A DNA stretch of 64,000 bases from Gemmatimonadales bacterium (GTDB lineage Bacteria; Gemmatimonadota; Gemmatimonadetes; Gemmatimonadales; GWC2-71-9): NCBI GenBank assembly GCA_965249575.1, contig OZ252244.1, positions 3,008,001-3,072,000 on the forward strand. Direction: 5' to 3'. The position numbers were made by a program, and so were the translations under genes. Each line of letters starts with the position of its first letter. The first letter of the stretch is position 1. Of the stretch, positions 60,623 through 64,000 are shown in pieces. A model generated the notes under the pieces. The model saw only the letters and a program-made list of their open reading frames with translations, ran no database searches and was not told the origin of the DNA.

Positions 60623-61943
60623 GTTTCAAGCTCACCCTCGCCGGCGCCGGGGCGCCGTCGGGTCCATTGTCCCAGTCCTGTACGCTGGAAATGTTCGGCA
60701 TCCCCCACTGATGCCCGTTCCAGCCGTCGAACCCGTCCATTTTGAGAGCCCAGAACCCCGTGTACATGTCCGCCGTGACAATCAGGCCGTCGGCGTTCCG
60801 CACGTCGATACCGAAGGAGCCGGTGCACACCTTGCTACCGCAGAGCCCCGCCTCATGGGATCCGTCGTAGGTGTCGTAGTAGCCCACGGTGTAGGGATTC
60901 GTGGGGTCCATCATGTTGAACACGTGCACGCCGTCTTCGTAGGCCGACACGAAGACGTACGGCCACCGGACCTCGTGATTGTGAGGGAGCCCTTTCCAGC
61001 GAGCGGTCCAGGCGCCGATGGGCCGCGAGACGTTCTGGACCTCACCGTCGAGGGCTGGTTTCAAGTCGATGATCCGGAGTGGAGCGTACTGATATTCCGT
61101 CTCGAGCACCGCGTAGCGGCCGTCCGGGGTGGGAGTAAAGGTGTGACCGGACGTGATGCCGGCGATTCCCGTAGCGGACGCGAGCAAGTTGGGCTCCGCG
61201 ATGTCGGAAATGTCGTACACGTAGTAGCCACCCCGGCCAGCTCCGTAGAACTTGTCCTGTCTCGTCGCCGGATCGTACCCGACGAAAAAGTCGTGGTATC
61301 CCCGGCCAGTGCCGGACGGGTTCGGTATCGTAGCTACCAAACCGTCCTGCGGATCTCCAGCCAGGAGTCTCTCCATATCGTAGACCTTGGCGTGGGGCCC
61401 GCCCACCGTGGCGAACAGGAGGATCTGGCCGTTGGAGTGCTTGTAGGCGTAGATGTTGTGAAACCCGCCGGGGGTGTCGGCGGCCCGCACTCGGCCCACT
61501 TCACGTATCCCCGTCGTGTCTGGGAGGCCGGTGACGTCGAATACGATAGCCCCCAGCTCGACGTCGGGGCTGCCGGGACGAAACTGGAACGAGACGATGG
61601 TATAGTACCGCCCGCCTGTCTTGAAGTATTTGATGTCCAGCGACTTTCCGACGCGGTCCTCCCAGCCGTCCAGGGCCCAGGAGCAGATCACCTGCGCGTC
61701 GTCGAGGTCCTTGAGGCTGATGACGTGGAAGCCGTGCGTCGGCTCACGCCGCGAGACGTATACGTACGGGCGCGACAGCTCCTGCTCGACTTCCAGGTCG
61801 TTGGCGTTGTACGGCCCGCCCACGGGGATGTGAGCGACGATCTTCATGTTGGAGCTGCCCTGTTGTCCCGGCGTGTATTGCGCCAAGGCCGGCGGCGCCA
61901 GCAGGATTCCCAGGCCTATCAAGCAAGCGACTCGCCCCTTCAT
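60618..61943 (-). CDS. Secreted LVIVD-like beta-propeller, array copy A8
   Basis: Colinear homolog; GAGGAG upstream. Confidence 0.85.
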   Translation of the reverse strand: MKGRVACLIGLGILLAPPALAQYTPGQQGSSNMKIVAHIPVGGPYNANDLEVEQELSRPYVYVSRREPTHGFHVISLKDLDDAQVICSWALDGWEDRVGKSLDIKYFKTGGRYYTIVSFQFRPGSPDVELGAIVFDVTGLPDTTGIREVGRVRAADTPGGFHNIYAYKHSNGQILLFATVGGPHAKVYDMERLLAGDPQDGLVATIPNPSGTGRGYHDFFVGYDPATRQDKFYGAGRGGYYVYDISDIAEPNLLASATGIAGITSGHTFTPTPDGRYAVLETEYQYAPLRIIDLKPALDGEVQNVSRPIGAWTARWKGLPHNHEVRWPYVFVSAYEDGVHVFNMMDPTNPYTVGYYDTYDGSHEAGLCGSKVCTGSFGIDVRNADGLIVTADMYTGFWALKMDGFDGWNGHQWGMPNISSVQDWDNGPDGAPAPARVSLKR

Positions 61944-62026
61944 GCGTGACTCCTCTCAAAACGTAAGGAGGCCTCGCCGGTCCACTCCTCACTCGGTGGG
62001 GTGGTGTTGGAGGACGGGCCTGCCGT

Positions 62027-63376
62027 TCAGCTCACTTGCATCGGTTTCGGCGCCCCATCCGGCCCGTTGTCCCAGTCCTGTGCGCTCGACTGGTTCGGCA
62101 TGCCCCACTGGTGCCCGTTCCAGCCGTCGAATCCGTCCATCTTGAGGGCCCAGAACCCCGTCGTCATGTCGGCGATGACGATCAAGCCATCCGCGTTCCG
62201 GACGTCCACGCCAAAGGCACCGTTGGCCAGAGTGCCCGGTCCGCCCGAACCCATGGCGTGCGGGCCGTCGAAGGTGTCGTAATAGGCCACGGTGTAGGGG
62301 TTCGTGGGGTCCATCAAATTGAAGACGTGCAGGCCGTCCTCGTACGTTGCCGAGAACGCGTAGGGCCACCGAACCTCGGTCTGGTGTGGTGGGTTGTGGA
62401 TGTCGACGGTCCAGGCTCCGATCGGGCGCGTGACGTTCTTGACCTCGCCGTCGTACGCGGGCTGAAGATCGAACATGCGGTACAGATTCTGGCCGCCCTG
62501 CTTCGTAATGACGTAGCGGCCGTCCGGTGTGGGGTTGAACGTGTGAGCGCCGGTCATACCGGGCGCACCGACGATCGAGGCGAGGAGCTGGGGCTCCGAG
62601 GGATCGGTGACGTCCCAAACGTAGTAGCCTCCGTCCCTGGTCACTTCCGGCCCACCCCCGAAAAAGCGATCCTTCCGCGTAACCGGGTCGTAGCCGACGT
62701 ATGCGTCGTGGTATCCCCCCTGCGCGCCCCGCGGCTCCGGCAGCGGTATCCGGCCGACCAGCCCGTGATTCGGGGCGCCGCTCAACAGCAACTCCATGTC
62801 GTAGATGTTCATGCCGTGTGGTGCGGTGAGCGGCGAGTTGACCGTCGCGAACAGTAGTGCCCGCCCGGTCGAGTGCTTGTACATGAAGATGTTGTGGAAT
62901 CCGCCGGGCGTGTCGGGTGCGCGTATGCGGTGGAGCTCCCTGACGGTCGAGCTGTCCGGCAGTCCGTTCACGTCGTACACGATCGCCCCGAGGTCGCGGT
63001 CGGCGCTCCCAGCCCGAAACTGGAATGCCTGCACGTCGTAATACCGGCCGTTCAGCTTGAAATACTTGTTGTCCAACGCCCGGCCCCGGTGCTCACCGGG
63101 ATTCTCGATTTCCCAGCTGTAGATCACCTGGGCTTTCCTCGGGTCTTCGAGATCGATGATGTGGAAGCCATACGTGGATCGGCGCGAGACGTAGGCGTAA
63201 GGCCGTGACAGGTCCTGTTCGATCTCGAGATCGTTGGCATGAAACCCGCCCCCCACGGGGATGTGCGACAACACCTTCATGTTGGGGCTGCCCTGCATGC
63301 CGGGGGGGTACTGAGAGACAGCGGGGGACGCCAACAGGATTCCCAGGCCAAGCGAAAACACGAATAGCCGGTTCAT
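62027..63376 (-). CDS. Secreted LVIVD-like beta-propeller, array copy A9
   Basis: Colinear homolog; GGAG before ATG 63376; signal peptide ending ASPAVS-Q. Confidence 0.85.
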   Translation of the reverse strand: MNRLFVFSLGLGILLASPAVSQYPPGMQGSPNMKVLSHIPVGGGFHANDLEIEQDLSRPYAYVSRRSTYGFHIIDLEDPRKAQVIYSWEIENPGEHRGRALDNKYFKLNGRYYDVQAFQFRAGSADRDLGAIVYDVNGLPDSSTVRELHRIRAPDTPGGFHNIFMYKHSTGRALLFATVNSPLTAPHGMNIYDMELLLSGAPNHGLVGRIPLPEPRGAQGGYHDAYVGYDPVTRKDRFFGGGPEVTRDGGYYVWDVTDPSEPQLLASIVGAPGMTGAHTFNPTPDGRYVITKQGGQNLYRMFDLQPAYDGEVKNVTRPIGAWTVDIHNPPHQTEVRWPYAFSATYEDGLHVFNLMDPTNPYTVAYYDTFDGPHAMGSGGPGTLANGAFGVDVRNADGLIVIADMTTGFWALKMDGFDGWNGHQWGMPNQSSAQDWDNGPDGAPKPMQVS

Positions 63377-63426
63377 ATCAGCTCCAGGAAAGAACAGCAA
63401 TGAGTCCACCCCGCTCAGGCCGCACC

Positions 63427-63476
63427 CCGAGCGAGGAGTTAGGGTGGGGTGCGGGGCCCCCTCACTCCTTACTCGG
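63427..63476. repeat. REP-like inverted repeat
   Basis: CCGAGCGAGGAGTTAGGG pairs with CCCTCACTCCTTACTCGG. Confidence 0.8.
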
Positions 63477-63601
63477 CGCGGCGGGGTGGGGAAAGGCCCT
63501 TCCTTACCGTCTGTCGAATATGCACCGCACTCCCTGCCTCCGCCACGCGCGTCGCGAAGCAGGGGGGCAAGAAAAAGGGGTGCCAACCTGTCGGTCGACA
63601 C

Positions 63602-63629
63602 CCCTACTCCCTACTCCCTACTCCCTACT
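63602..63629 (+). repeat. Tandem heptamer (CCCTACT)4
   Basis: Four perfect units abutting the SusD stop codon. Confidence 0.9.
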
Positions 63630-64000
63630 TAGAACCGCGTCCCTCCCGGGATGCCATCGTGCTGGCTGCATCCGCCCCTCGGCGCGACGTTCTTCCGAGC
63701 ATCACACTCGTCGTCCTGGATTGGCACGTACTCGTAGATGCGGTCTCCGCGGCCCCGTGGGCCCTCAAGCGTCAGCAGCCGCCCGGTGCGGCGAAGATCG
63801 ACCCACCGGTGCCCAAACTCGAACATGAGGGAATACCGACGGTTGTAGAGGATCTCGTCGATCTGCGCGGCCATGGTCATGGCGCCCCACGCCGCCGGCG
63901 TAATGGCCTCCAGACCGCCCGAGTTCACGCGGACGTAGTTGACGTCCGCGAGCGCGCCGGGGAGGTCGCTCGTTCGCAACCGCGCCTCTGCCCGGATGAG
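63629..64000 (-). CDS. RagB/SusD-family outer-membrane protein, C-terminal part only
   Basis: LIRAEA...ALADVNYVR...ILYNRRYSLMFEFGHRWVDLRRTG...PI, matching the SusD C-terminal signature. Confidence 0.85.
   Translation of the reverse strand, partial: LIRAEARLRTSDLPGALADVNYVRVNSGGLEAITPAAWGAMTMAAQIDEILYNRRYSLMFEFGHRWVDLRRTGRLLTLEGPRGRGDRIYEYVPIQDDECDARKNVAPRGGCSQHDGIPGGTRF

Noticed and set aside
51157..63376. Diversity-generating retroelement acting on the array
   Set aside because: No reverse transcriptase or TR/VR pair in the window. Loop variation includes indels and is not visibly adenine-specific.
51030..63476. CRISPR array or integron attC cassettes
   Set aside because: Repeats are degenerate, inverted and separated by whole genes rather than ~30-40 nt spacers. 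No cas or intI gene, and no consistent RYYYAAC/GTTRRRY attC ends.

Overview
GC-rich bacterial chromosomal segment; gene content (SusD-like protein, Ig-like surface protein, Tat-exported class-V PLP enzyme, PIG-L/SSS pair) suggests Gemmatimonadota, which is an inference. Bases 1-51000 are mostly housekeeping and metabolic genes: ABC transporters, hydrolases, osmC, cax, an XdhC/MocA-like/moaA Moco cluster, three-subunit pnt, arfB, acnA, glk-tkt-tal-zwf, SURF1, trxC, a giant surface protein with two paralogous lipoproteins, acyl-CoA dehydrogenase, PIG-L/SSS, MFS, amidohydrolase and ilvE. The standout is 51157-63376: a head-to-tail minus-strand array of eight ~440-470 aa secreted LVIVD/choice-of-anchor-B-like beta-propeller paralogs plus one internally deleted remnant, directly downstream of a RagB/SusD gene. 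The copies share four invariant His motifs and a near-invariant C-terminal tail, differ in hypervariable loops, look mosaic, and are separated by spacers built from 7-bp repeats, mostly as inverted arms. The same heptamer/REP-like elements occur across the window. Other candidates: a structured moaA leader RNA, a ~230-nt rod-like ncRNA at 40863-41093, a 33-aa membrane peptide before the symporter, and several apparently leaderless genes. Eight frameshifts are each fixed by adding one G/C to a run, typical of long-read assembly error. No rRNA, tRNA, CRISPR array or transposase was seen.
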